This document shows, one piece after another, positions 33,196 through 41,443 of a stretch of DNA of 64,000 nucleotides (position 1 is its first letter; every line of letters begins with the position of its first letter). Both the position numbers and the translations under genes were made by a program. Where the stretch lies: NCBI GenBank assembly GCA_963751275.1, contig CAVVTZ010000009.1, forward strand, positions 448,001 to 512,000. The letters run 5' to 3'. Origin of the DNA: an uncultured Gemmatimonadaceae bacterium. Its GTDB lineage: Bacteria; Gemmatimonadota; Gemmatimonadetes; Gemmatimonadales; Gemmatimonadaceae. The notes under the pieces were generated by a model that saw only the letters and a list, made by a program, of their open reading frames with translations, was not told where the DNA came from and ran no database searches.

Positions 33196-34044
33196 TTATC
33201 TGTCCGGGTCGACCATATCCTCGAACCGCAGCCACTTCTTGTAATAGTACAGATCGATGTACGTCGTCGGCCCCGTCCGGTTCTTGAGGATCGCGAGCTC
33301 CGTCGCTCCTTCGCTCCCGTACGCCGGGAAGTACAGCTCGTCGCGATAGAGTCCGAGCACCACGTCGGCCAATTGCTTCACCGCGCCCAGCGCGCCGAAA
33401 TCGTCGAGCACCGGCCGCATGTTCTCCCGCCCGGGCTTGAGCGCCGGCAAGTGCGACGTCACCAACAGCGCAACGCCGGAATTCACCGCGATGTCCTTGA
33501 GCCGCCGCACCGCGTGTGCGTGCTCCTCATCCTGCGCCAGCGCGCCGGTGGACACATGCTGCAGCGGATCGAGCACCACCAGCTCGACATGCTCGCTGCG
33601 CGCTACGCCCTTCGCGATCGCGTCGGGGCCGCCGCTCGGCATGCGCGCCACCTTCGGCAGCCGGTCGTGCATTCTGAGCGTGGCGGCGCCCACGCTCGCG
33701 CGCGTCTCATCGTCCATCTCGGCGCCGCGCAGCTGGTCGATGCTCGCGCGCCCCTCGATCGCGAGCGCCCGTTCCAGCACGCGCTCCGGCTCCATCTCCG
33801 CGCTGTAGAACTCCACCGCGCGCCCCGCCTCCGCCGCGCGCAGCGCGAACGCCAGCGCCAGCGCACTCTTGCCCACGCCCACGTCGCCGCCGAGCACCAC
33901 CAGGTCGCCGCGCCGCAGCCCGCCGCCCAGCAGCTTGTCGAGCGTCGGGAAACCGGAGGGCACCGTGCCTTCGGCGGGCGCGCCGTCGGCGACGGCGTCC
34001 GCCCGCTGCACCAGCTGTTTCAGTCGGGAGGGTCGGGGAGGCAT
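33196..34044 (-). CDS. DnaB-like helicase C-terminal domain protein (no N-terminal domain)
   Basis: SGFPTLDKLLGG, Walker A GGDVGVGKS, SAEM, LDPLQ and KNRTG. Confidence 0.85.
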   Translation of the reverse strand: MPPRPSRLKQLVQRADAVADGAPAEGTVPSGFPTLDKLLGGGLRRGDLVVLGGDVGVGKSALALAFALRAAEAGRAVEFYSAEMEPERVLERALAIEGRASIDQLRGAEMDDETRASVGAATLRMHDRLPKVARMPSGGPDAIAKGVARSEHVELVVLDPLQHVSTGALAQDEEHAHAVRRLKDIAVNSGVALLVTSHLPALKPGRENMRPVLDDFGALGAVKQLADVVLGLYRDELYFPAYGSEGATELAILKNRTGPTTYIDLYYYKKWLRFEDMVDPDR

Positions 34045-34050
34045 TTACGG

Positions 34051-34078
34051 ATTATAGATGGGGCGCCGGGTCGGGCAA
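34051..34078 (-). promoter_or_regulatory. sigma70-type promoter (TTGCCC-16-TATAAT) 6 nt upstream of the DnaB-like ATG
   Basis: Consensus -10 box; position implies a leaderless mRNA. Confidence 0.55.
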
Positions 34079-34130
34079 GGGAGCCCGAGTCGTTGCTGAG
34101 CAAGGACGCGCACGGCTACATTCCGATACG

Positions 34131-35693
34131 ATGGCCCAACCCCTCAAGTCGGTGCTGTGGGTGGACGACGAGGCCGATCTCCTCGAGTCGCACCGCATCT
34201 ATCTGCGCGAGAAGGGCTTCGAGGTGGACGCCGCCACGAACGCCGATGACGCCGTCGAGATGCTTCGGCGGCGTCCTTATGGCATTGTCCTCCTCGACGA
34301 GCAGATGCCCGGCAAGCGCGGCCTCGAGGCCTATCGCGAGATCCGCGAGCTGGATCCGCTCCTGCCCATCGTGATGGTCACCAAGAGCGAGGAGGACGCG
34401 GTGCTCCGCGAGGCGATCGGCGTGGACGTGCGTGATTACCTCGTCAAGCCGATCAATCCGCGCCAGGTGCTCACGGTCATCACGCGTGTGTTGGAAGGCC
34501 CGCGCATCCGCGCGCAGGCGCTCTCGCGCGCGTTCGTCGAACGGTTCCGCGAGATCGAGCTCGAGCCCAAACTCACGCTCGACTGGCGCGGCTGGATCTC
34601 GCGCTATTCTGAACTCGCCGAGTGGGACATCGCGCTCGCGGACGCCAAAGAGCAGAGTCTGTACGACTCCCTGCAGGGACTCTATCCCGCGCTCCGCAAG
34701 GAATTCGCGAACTGGATGCGCGGCGAATATCCGCGCTGGCTCAAGAACCTGGAGAGCGACCGCCCGCCGCTCTCGGTGGATGTCGTGTCCGAGTTCCTGC
34801 TGCCCATTCTGGAGCGCTCGCGCGCTGCGGTCTTCGTCGTGATCGACTGCCTGCGTCTCGACCAGTGGATGACGCTCGCGCCGCTCCTCGCGCCGTGGTT
34901 CGATGTGGAGACCACGCACCATTTCTCGGTGCTCCCCACCGCCACGCCGTACTCGCGCAACGCGCTCTTCTCCGGGCTCTTTCCTGGCGAGATCGCCGCG
35001 CGCTTCCCCGACTGGTGGGGCGAGCGCGAGGACGAATCGCTCAACGCGCACGAGAAGCAGCTCCTCGAAGCGCACCTCGCCGAACTCAAGATCGACGTGC
35101 CGGTGCGCTACGATAAGATCTCGAGTGCGAATGACACCGCCGAGCTCGAGCGACGCGTGTCGGGCGCGATCGCGCACGAGGGCGTGAGCGCCTTCGTCTT
35201 CAATTTCGTGGACCTGCTCACGCACGGCCGCTCGGAGTCCGCGATCCTGCAGGAGGTCGCCAAGGACGAGATCGCCCTGCGCGCGCTTACGAAGCAGTGG
35301 TTCGAGCGGTCGGTGCTCTTCGCGCTCCTCAAGGAGGCCGCGCGCCGTCGCATCCCGGTGCTCGTCACGAGCGACCACGGCTCCATCCATTGTCACACGC
35401 CGGCCACGGTGTTCGCCAAGCGTGACGCCACCGCGAACCTCCGCTACAAGTTCGGCGAGGACCTGCGCGCCGAGCGCTCCGAGCACGCACTGCTCTTCGG
35501 GAACTCCGATGACCTGCGCCTCCCGCGGCGCGGACTCGGCGACAACACGCTGCTCGCCGTGGGCGACACCTTCTTCGTGTATCCCACCAAGCTGCGCGAG
35601 TATCAGTCGCGCTACCGCGGATCGTTCCTGCATGGCGGCGTGACGCCGGAGGAATGCATCCTGCCGGTGGCCCTGCTCACGCCCAAGAGCTGA
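34131..35693 (+). CDS. PorX-like response regulator (REC plus PglZ/alkaline-phosphatase-like domain)
   Basis: WVDDE, LLDEQMPG, VIDCLRLDQW, LPTATPYSRNA, TSDHG and HGG. Confidence 0.9.
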   Translation: MAQPLKSVLWVDDEADLLESHRIYLREKGFEVDAATNADDAVEMLRRRPYGIVLLDEQMPGKRGLEAYREIRELDPLLPIVMVTKSEEDAVLREAIGVDVRDYLVKPINPRQVLTVITRVLEGPRIRAQALSRAFVERFREIELEPKLTLDWRGWISRYSELAEWDIALADAKEQSLYDSLQGLYPALRKEFANWMRGEYPRWLKNLESDRPPLSVDVVSEFLLPILERSRAAVFVVIDCLRLDQWMTLAPLLAPWFDVETTHHFSVLPTATPYSRNALFSGLFPGEIAARFPDWWGEREDESLNAHEKQLLEAHLAELKIDVPVRYDKISSANDTAELERRVSGAIAHEGVSAFVFNFVDLLTHGRSESAILQEVAKDEIALRALTKQWFERSVLFALLKEAARRRIPVLVTSDHGSIHCHTPATVFAKRDATANLRYKFGEDLRAERSEHALLFGNSDDLRLPRRGLGDNTLLAVGDTFFVYPTKLREYQSRYRGSFLHGGVTPEECILPVALLTPKS

Positions 35694-37522
35694 TGCGCGC
35701 GACACGATTCTATCCGCGCCTCATCAAGTTCCTGCGCCCGCACGGCTGGCGCATGGCGGGGAACATCATCTTTAATCTGATCGGCGCGGCGCTCGACGGT
35801 TATTCGTTCGCCCTGCTCATCCCCTTCCTGAACGCCTTGTTCAACCAGCCACCGCTCGTGGTCGGCCGCGGCTGGGTGAACAACTTCCTGCACTACACCA
35901 TCGGCGCATTGCTCGACCCCGACCACCCGATGACGTCGCTCCGCAACGTCATCGTCGTTCTGCTCGCCGTCGTCGCGGTCAAGAACATCTTCATCTGGCT
36001 CGCCAACGTCCTCGGGGCCGAGCTGCAGGAGTACGTCACGCGGGACATGCGCGACGCGGTGTACCACCATCTGGTCTCGCTCCCGATCCGGTATTTCACC
36101 AGCACCAAGGTCGGACAGATCCTCTCACGCGTGCTCAGCGATACGGAGCAGACCAAGGCGCTCGTCACCGAGGTCGTGACCAGGGCGGTGAATTCCGCCT
36201 CGCTCGTCATCGTGTACATCGCATACCTCCTCGGCATCTCGTGGCGGCTCACGCTCATCTCGCTCGTCATCGCGCCGCTCCTCACGCTGGTGCTCCAGCC
36301 GCTGCTGCGCCGGCTGCGCCACGGCTATCGCGTGCTGCGCAACGATCACGGCGAGATGATGAGCGTGTTGCAGGAGAGCGTCAGCGGCATCCGTCTCGTC
36401 AAGTCGTACGGCGCGGAGACCTACGAGGACGCGCGCTTCACCGGTGCCAGCTTCAAGTACTCGAGCGGCCTCGTGCGCATGGCGCGCATCTCGAACATCG
36501 CGCAGCCGCTCACGGAAGTGCTCGGGATGGTCATCGTCGCGGTGCTGCTCTGGATCGGGGCGCGCGAGGTGCTCATCGACAACTCACTCCAGGCGTCGCA
36601 GTTCATGGTGTTCATCGCCTTCGTGATGCGGCTGCTGCAGCCGATGAAGCAGCTCTCGCAGATCCCGGCCGTCGCGCAGAATTCCTTCGCGAGTGCCGAG
36701 CGCATCTTCCAGGTGCTGGATCATCCCACCGAGAAGGAACTCGACAAGGGCACTCGCGCGGTGGATGGCTTCCGCCAGTCCATCGTGTTCGACAACGTCT
36801 CGTTCGCGTACGACGACGAGCCGGTGCTCGGCAACATCCAGTTCGCCGCGAGGAAGGGCGACGTGATCGCGCTGGTCGGCGCGAGCGGGGCGGGGAAGAG
36901 CACGCTCGTCGATCTCATCCCGCGCTTCTACGATCCGACCAGCGGCCGGATCCTGCTCGATGGCGTGGACGTGCGCGAGATCACGCTCCCCTCGCTCCGG
37001 AACCTCACCGGGATCGTGAGCCAGGAGACGGTGATCTTCAACGAGAGCGTGCGCGCGAACATCGCGTACGGCCGCAGCGACCAGTACAGCGACGCGCAGG
37101 TCGAGGCGGCGGCGCGCGCGGCGAACGCGCACGCCTTCATCACCGAGATGCCCGACGGCTACGCGACCGCGCTCGGCGAACGCGGCGCGCGGCTGTCGGG
37201 CGGCCAGCGCCAGCGCATTGCGATCGCGCGCGCACTGCTCCTCGACCCGCCCATCCTCATCCTCGATGAGGCCACCAGTGCGCTCGACACCGAGAGCGAG
37301 CGGCTCGTGCAGGAAGCGATCGACCGCCTGCTCGAGGGCCGCACGGTGTTCGTGATCGCGCACCGCCTCTCCACGATCCAGCACGCCACCGAGATCCTCG
37401 TGCTCGACCGCGGCCGGGTCGTCGAGCGCGGCACGCACGACGAGCTGCTCGCGCTGCACGGCGCCTACCACCGGCTGCATGTGCTGCAGTTCGGCGACCG
37501 GGAGCGGGCCGTCCCTGTCTGA
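35693..37522 (+). CDS. MsbA-like ABC exporter (TMD plus NBD)
   Basis: [15 protein letters not shown] and DEATSALD; adjacent to an lpxL-like gene. Confidence 0.92.
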   Translation: MRATRFYPRLIKFLRPHGWRMAGNIIFNLIGAALDGYSFALLIPFLNALFNQPPLVVGRGWVNNFLHYTIGALLDPDHPMTSLRNVIVVLLAVVAVKNIFIWLANVLGAELQEYVTRDMRDAVYHHLVSLPIRYFTSTKVGQILSRVLSDTEQTKALVTEVVTRAVNSASLVIVYIAYLLGISWRLTLISLVIAPLLTLVLQPLLRRLRHGYRVLRNDHGEMMSVLQESVSGIRLVKSYGAETYEDARFTGASFKYSSGLVRMARISNIAQPLTEVLGMVIVAVLLWIGAREVLIDNSLQASQFMVFIAFVMRLLQPMKQLSQIPAVAQNSFASAERIFQVLDHPTEKELDKGTRAVDGFRQSIVFDNVSFAYDDEPVLGNIQFAARKGDVIALVGASGAGKSTLVDLIPRFYDPTSGRILLDGVDVREITLPSLRNLTGIVSQETVIFNESVRANIAYGRSDQYSDAQVEAAARAANAHAFITEMPDGYATALGERGARLSGGQRQRIAIARALLLDPPILILDEATSALDTESERLVQEAIDRLLEGRTVFVIAHRLSTIQHATEILVLDRGRVVERGTHDELLALHGAYHRLHVLQFGDRERAVPV

Positions 37523-38450
37523 CGATCGGCGTCCCACCCCCGCGCACCGCCTGGAGTACGGCGCGCTGCGCGCGATGCTCGCGGTGTTCGGAGCGTTCCC
37601 CTGGCGGCTCTCCACCGCGGCCGCCGGCTTCATCGGACGACTCGGCTACTCGCCCTTCCGCATCCGCCGCCGCGTGGTGGAGCGCCAGGTCGCGGCCGCC
37701 TTTCCCGGGCTCTCCGAGCGCGATGTGTCGAAGATCGCGCGCGCGTCGTACGACAACCTCGGTCGCGTTGCCGTCGAGGCCGCGCACCTCTCGCGACTCG
37801 GACCCGAACAGATCCTCGCGCTCTTCAGCGAGGTAACGGGCTGGGACGCCGTGGAGCGCGCCCGCGCGCGGGGCAAGGGGATCGTCTTCCTCACCGGGCA
37901 TCTGGGCAATTGGGAGCTGGCCGGCGCGATCGTCGCCGCGCGCGGCATCGCCTTCGACGCGATCGCACGCCGCATGGGCAATCCGCTCTTCGACGCCTAC
38001 CTCACGCGCACGCGACTGCGGCTTGGCATGAACATCGTGCCCGATTCAGAAGCGGTGCGCCGCGTGCCGCGCACCCTGCGCGCCGGCGGCGCGGTCGCGT
38101 TCCTCGCGGACCAGTCGGGACTCAATCTCGCTTCCACGTTCGTGCCCTTCTTCGGCCGCCCCGCGAAGACGCCGCGCGGGCCCGCGGTGTTCGCGCTGCG
38201 CTTCGACGCGCCCGTGATCTTCGGCGTCGCCACGCATTTCCCGGACGGACTATTCCGAATGGCCTTCGAGGAGATCCCGGTGGCGCGCACCGGCGACCTC
38301 GAGCGCGACACCGACGCGCTGCTCGCGCGCTACTCCGAAGCGCTCGAGCGCCACGTGCGCCTCGCGCCCGGCCAATACTTCTGGCAGCACAAGCGGTGGA
38401 AACGGCAGCCCGACACCACGCCGCCGGAGCTGCTCGACCCCACGCTGTGA
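37515..38450 (+). CDS. lipid A late acyltransferase (LpxL/HtrB family); start uncertain
   Basis: HLGNWE, LADQ, VPFFG and PGQYFWQHKRWK. Confidence 0.9.
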   Translation: MSDDRRPTPAHRLEYGALRAMLAVFGAFPWRLSTAAAGFIGRLGYSPFRIRRRVVERQVAAAFPGLSERDVSKIARASYDNLGRVAVEAAHLSRLGPEQILALFSEVTGWDAVERARARGKGIVFLTGHLGNWELAGAIVAARGIAFDAIARRMGNPLFDAYLTRTRLRLGMNIVPDSEAVRRVPRTLRAGGAVAFLADQSGLNLASTFVPFFGRPAKTPRGPAVFALRFDAPVIFGVATHFPDGLFRMAFEEIPVARTGDLERDTDALLARYSEALERHVRLAPGQYFWQHKRWKRQPDTTPPELLDPTL

Positions 38451-38711
38451 CCGCGCCGCGCGAGCCGCGGTCGCGCCATCGCGAGCGGTTCATCTCGGCA
38501 TCGGAGCTTGGCGAGTACGCCTATTGCCGCCGCGCCTGGTGGCTCCGCGCGGTGCGCGGCGCGCATTCGGAAGAGCAGGGCACGCGATTCGACGAGGGAC
38601 GCGCCGCGCACGAGCGCCATGGCTACGGTCTGGTCGCCGCGCGCTCGTTCGCCATCGTGGCGCGTGCTGCTCGCCGCCGCGGCCGCGCTCTGGTTCTGGT
38701 TCGCGCGATGA
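38447..38711 (+). CDS. Cas4-like N-terminal half with C-terminal TM (one indel near 38660)
   Basis: ISASELGEYAYCRRAWW and EGRAAH; the shifted frame gives VLLAAAAALWFWFAR* with an ATGA overlap. Confidence 0.65.
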
Positions 38712-39215
38712 TCATCGCTGCGATCGCGCTCGCCGCCGCGAGCCTGCTCGCGATCGCGAGCATCGTGCTCTACCGGCGCGCCGGCATCCGCGGCCGCATC
38801 ATCGCGAGCGACGGCCCCGTGTCGCGTCCGTCGCGCGTGCTGCGCTCGGCGCGCCACGGCATCTCCGGCAAACCCGACTACCTCGTGATCGAGAGTGGCC
38901 GCGTCGCGCCGGTCGAGGTGAAGCCCACGCGCGAGAGCGATCGGCCGTGGCTGCGCGACGTGGTCCAGCTCGCGGCGTACTGCCTGCTCGTCGAGGAGAC
39001 GCACGAGGACTTCGCAGGCTATGGCTATCTCCGCTACGCCAACCGTACCTTTCGCATCGACTTCACTGATTCCATGAGGGACGAAGTGCTCCGCACCGCG
39101 AACGAGATGCGCACCGACCTCGGCGCCGAGGACGTCGATGCGAACCACCGGCGACCCGCGTCGCTGCGCGCGGTGCGCACTCCGCACGCCCTGCGGCCGT
39201 CCGGTGACTGCATGA
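38708..39215 (+). CDS. Cas4-like PD-(D/E)xK nuclease C-terminal half with N-terminal TM (one indel near 39148)
   Basis: GKPD, EVK and QLAAY motifs; removing one base gives RRCARCALRTPC (CxxC-x5-C). Confidence 0.8.
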
Positions 39216-40361
39216 GCTACGACGTGACCGCGTTGCGCGCGCGCGAATATCCGTGGGCCGAGCGCGGCGACGCCATCTGATCCGAACAACGCATCCACCG
39301 GCGCGCTGCCGGCGCGCACCGTGCGCGCGACCGCCGATTTCCACGCGCTGCGCGCCGAGCCGTGGCGGCTCAGCGATGATGCGCAGTTCGCCATCCTCCG
39401 CCGCACCCGCGAGCTCGCCGCGACGCTCATCGGCGCTACTCCCGATGAGATCGCGTGCATGTCGAACACGACGTACGGCGTGAACATCGCCGCGCGCTGC
39501 CTGCCATTGAAGGCTGGCGACGTCGTGCTCACCTTCGACCGCGAATTCCCCGCGAACATTTATCCCTGGATGGCGCTCGCGAAGAAGGGCATCACGCTGA
39601 CGCGCATCCCCACGCGCGACAAGCTCCCCGACGAGGACGCCCTCATCGCCGCGCTCGACGGCAAGAACGTGAGCGTCGTCGCGATCGGCTGGGTGAACTT
39701 CGCCACCGGCTTCAAGGCCGATCTCGCGCGCATCGGCCGCGCCTGCCGCGAGCGCGGCATCTACTTCGTGGTCGACGCGATGCAGGGACTCGGCGCCGCC
39801 ACGCTCGACGCGCGCGCCTGCCACATCGATATCCTCGCATGCGGCGGCCAGAAGTGGCTGCTATCCCCGTGGGGATCGGGCTTCACCTATGTCCGTCGCG
39901 AGCTCGTGCAGCAGCTCGAGCCCGAGGCCGTCGGCTGGATGGCGATGCGCGCCTCCGAGGACTTCACGCGCCTCGTGGATTACGAATTCGCCTTCCACGA
40001 CGACGCGCGCCGCTTCGAGGTGATCACCCTCCCCTTCCAGGATTTCGCCGGCTTCAACGCGAGCCTCGAGATGATGATCGAGCTCGGCCTCAAGGACATC
40101 GAGGCGCACGACGCCGCGTTGGTTGGTCAGGCCGTCGCGTGGGCGCAGAGCCGGAAGGACATGAAGCTCGTGACGCCAGCGGATCCCGCGCGCCGGGCCG
40201 GCATCGTCTCGATCGCGCCGCCCGACCCCGCGGCGACGTCAGCGCGCCTCACGAAGGCGAAGATCATCCACTCGCTGCGCGAGGGCGCCATCCGGCTGTC
40301 GCCGCATTGCTACAACACGAGCGCGGAGATTTCGCGCGCGCTGGAAGTCCTGGGCGGCTAG
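39212..40361 (+). CDS. class V PLP aminotransferase/cysteine desulfurase-like; frameshift near 39280
   Basis: NNASTG, EFPAN, VDAMQG, GQKWL and RLSPHCYN. Confidence 0.9.
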
Positions 40362-40567
40362 GAACCGCCGACGGCGAGTGTGACACCGCGGACGGCGTCT
40401 GTGACACCGCTGACGGCGCCTGTGACGTGTGCGACGTGTGGCAACGACCGCGGCGCGTGTAGTTGCTACACGTCTCACAGGTCACAAGCGCCCCCAGCGG
40501 CGTCACACTCGCCGTCCGCGGTGTCACACTCGCGGTCGGCGGTGTCATACTCGCCGCCGGCGGTTCC
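40361..40567. repeat. ~207-bp inverted repeat built of 21-mer tandem units (3 left, 4 right)
   Basis: Unit ACCGCnGACGGCGnnTGTGAC; ends ggaaccgccg / cggcggttcc. Confidence 0.9.
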
Positions 40568-40614
40568 AATCTCGCCGTTCAATCAGTGCCAGACGTTGCC
40601 GTCCGAACGCGCCG

Positions 40615-40875
40615 TCAGAGTTTGATCCGGAGCCATCTCCGCCCCACGTACACTCCACCCGCCAGCATCCCCGCCTGTCCGAAGAACTGCACCATCCCGA
40701 ACGGCGTCGGCCCGTACGGCCCGCCGCCCTTCTCCTCGATCGCGCGCTCCTTCAACGGCCAGCCGACGATCTTGATCGCGGCGAGCCAGATCAGCATCGA
40801 CACGCCGACGATCATCGCGCTGCGCGCGAATGCCTCGGGCCACGACGGCGCGAGCCGCACGCCGCCGCTACTCAT
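40615..40875 (-). CDS. small two-TM hypothetical protein
   Basis: Two hydrophobic segments; GGAGG RBS inside the upstream gene end. Confidence 0.55.
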   Translation of the reverse strand: MSSGGVRLAPSWPEAFARSAMIVGVSMLIWLAAIKIVGWPLKERAIEEKGGGPYGPTPFGMVQFFGQAGMLAGGVYVGRRWLRIKL

Positions 40876-41344
40876 CGCTCGCCTCCTGCTCCTCGACGGT
40901 GAACGCGCGCTGCCGCAGCGCCGCCAGCACCCAGCCCCAGTTCATCGCGAGATGCAGCCCGATCGCCACGAACAGCACGTTCGATGTCGAGTCGTGCAAC
41001 TCGAACCAGTCCCCGTCGTAGATCGTCGGCATCCCAGCCCAGGGGAGCACCACGCGCGACACCATGATGCCCGAGACGATCACGAGCACCATCGCGAGGA
41101 ACAGCCCCACGTTGATCGCATAGTTGATCCGCGTGCGCACGCTGCCGTTCGCGAACAGGCGCCGCGCCTTCGAGATGATCCAGTGCCAAGAGAGCAGCAT
41201 ATGGAGGATGAGCGGCACCGCGATCGCGATGCCGAGCACTTCGTGCGCCGCGACGCCGGTGATCCGCGGCGACTGGATGAGCAGGAAGAGCAGCAATAGC
41301 AGAACGTCGAGCCAGAGCGCGAAGGCGGTGCGGGACATTGGCAT
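40868..41344 (-). CDS. DUF4405-like (cytochrome b-like) membrane protein
   Basis: Four TMs with His pairs (HEVLG..LHMLLSW, LHD..LHLAMNW). Confidence 0.75.
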   Translation of the reverse strand: MPMSRTAFALWLDVLLLLLFLLIQSPRITGVAAHEVLGIAIAVPLILHMLLSWHWIISKARRLFANGSVRTRINYAINVGLFLAMVLVIVSGIMVSRVVLPWAGMPTIYDGDWFELHDSTSNVLFVAIGLHLAMNWGWVLAALRQRAFTVEEQEASDE

Positions 41345-41388
41345 GGTGTCAATTTACGCACGAGGCGCGATTTCGTTTCGCATGGCGA

Positions 41389-41417
41389 TTGACAGCGGCC
41401 GCGCCGTTCCGTATTCA
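41389..41417 (+). promoter_or_regulatory. sigma70-type promoter TTGACA-17-TATTCA
   Basis: Perfect -35 and correct spacing upstream of the multicopper oxidase. Confidence 0.5.
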
Positions 41418-41443
41418 CCTCCAACTCCATCACCGGGTTCCCC

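Noticed and set aside
37910..39280. 456-aa ORF read as one protein
   Set aside because: It strings together an lpxL shadow frame, both Cas4-like halves and the aminotransferase start; ATGA overlaps and motif frames indicate separate genes joined by indels.
40361..40567. Possible CRISPR array near the Cas4-like genes
   Set aside because: The units are contiguous, have no unique spacers and are arranged as an inverted pair; no cas1 or cas2 is present.
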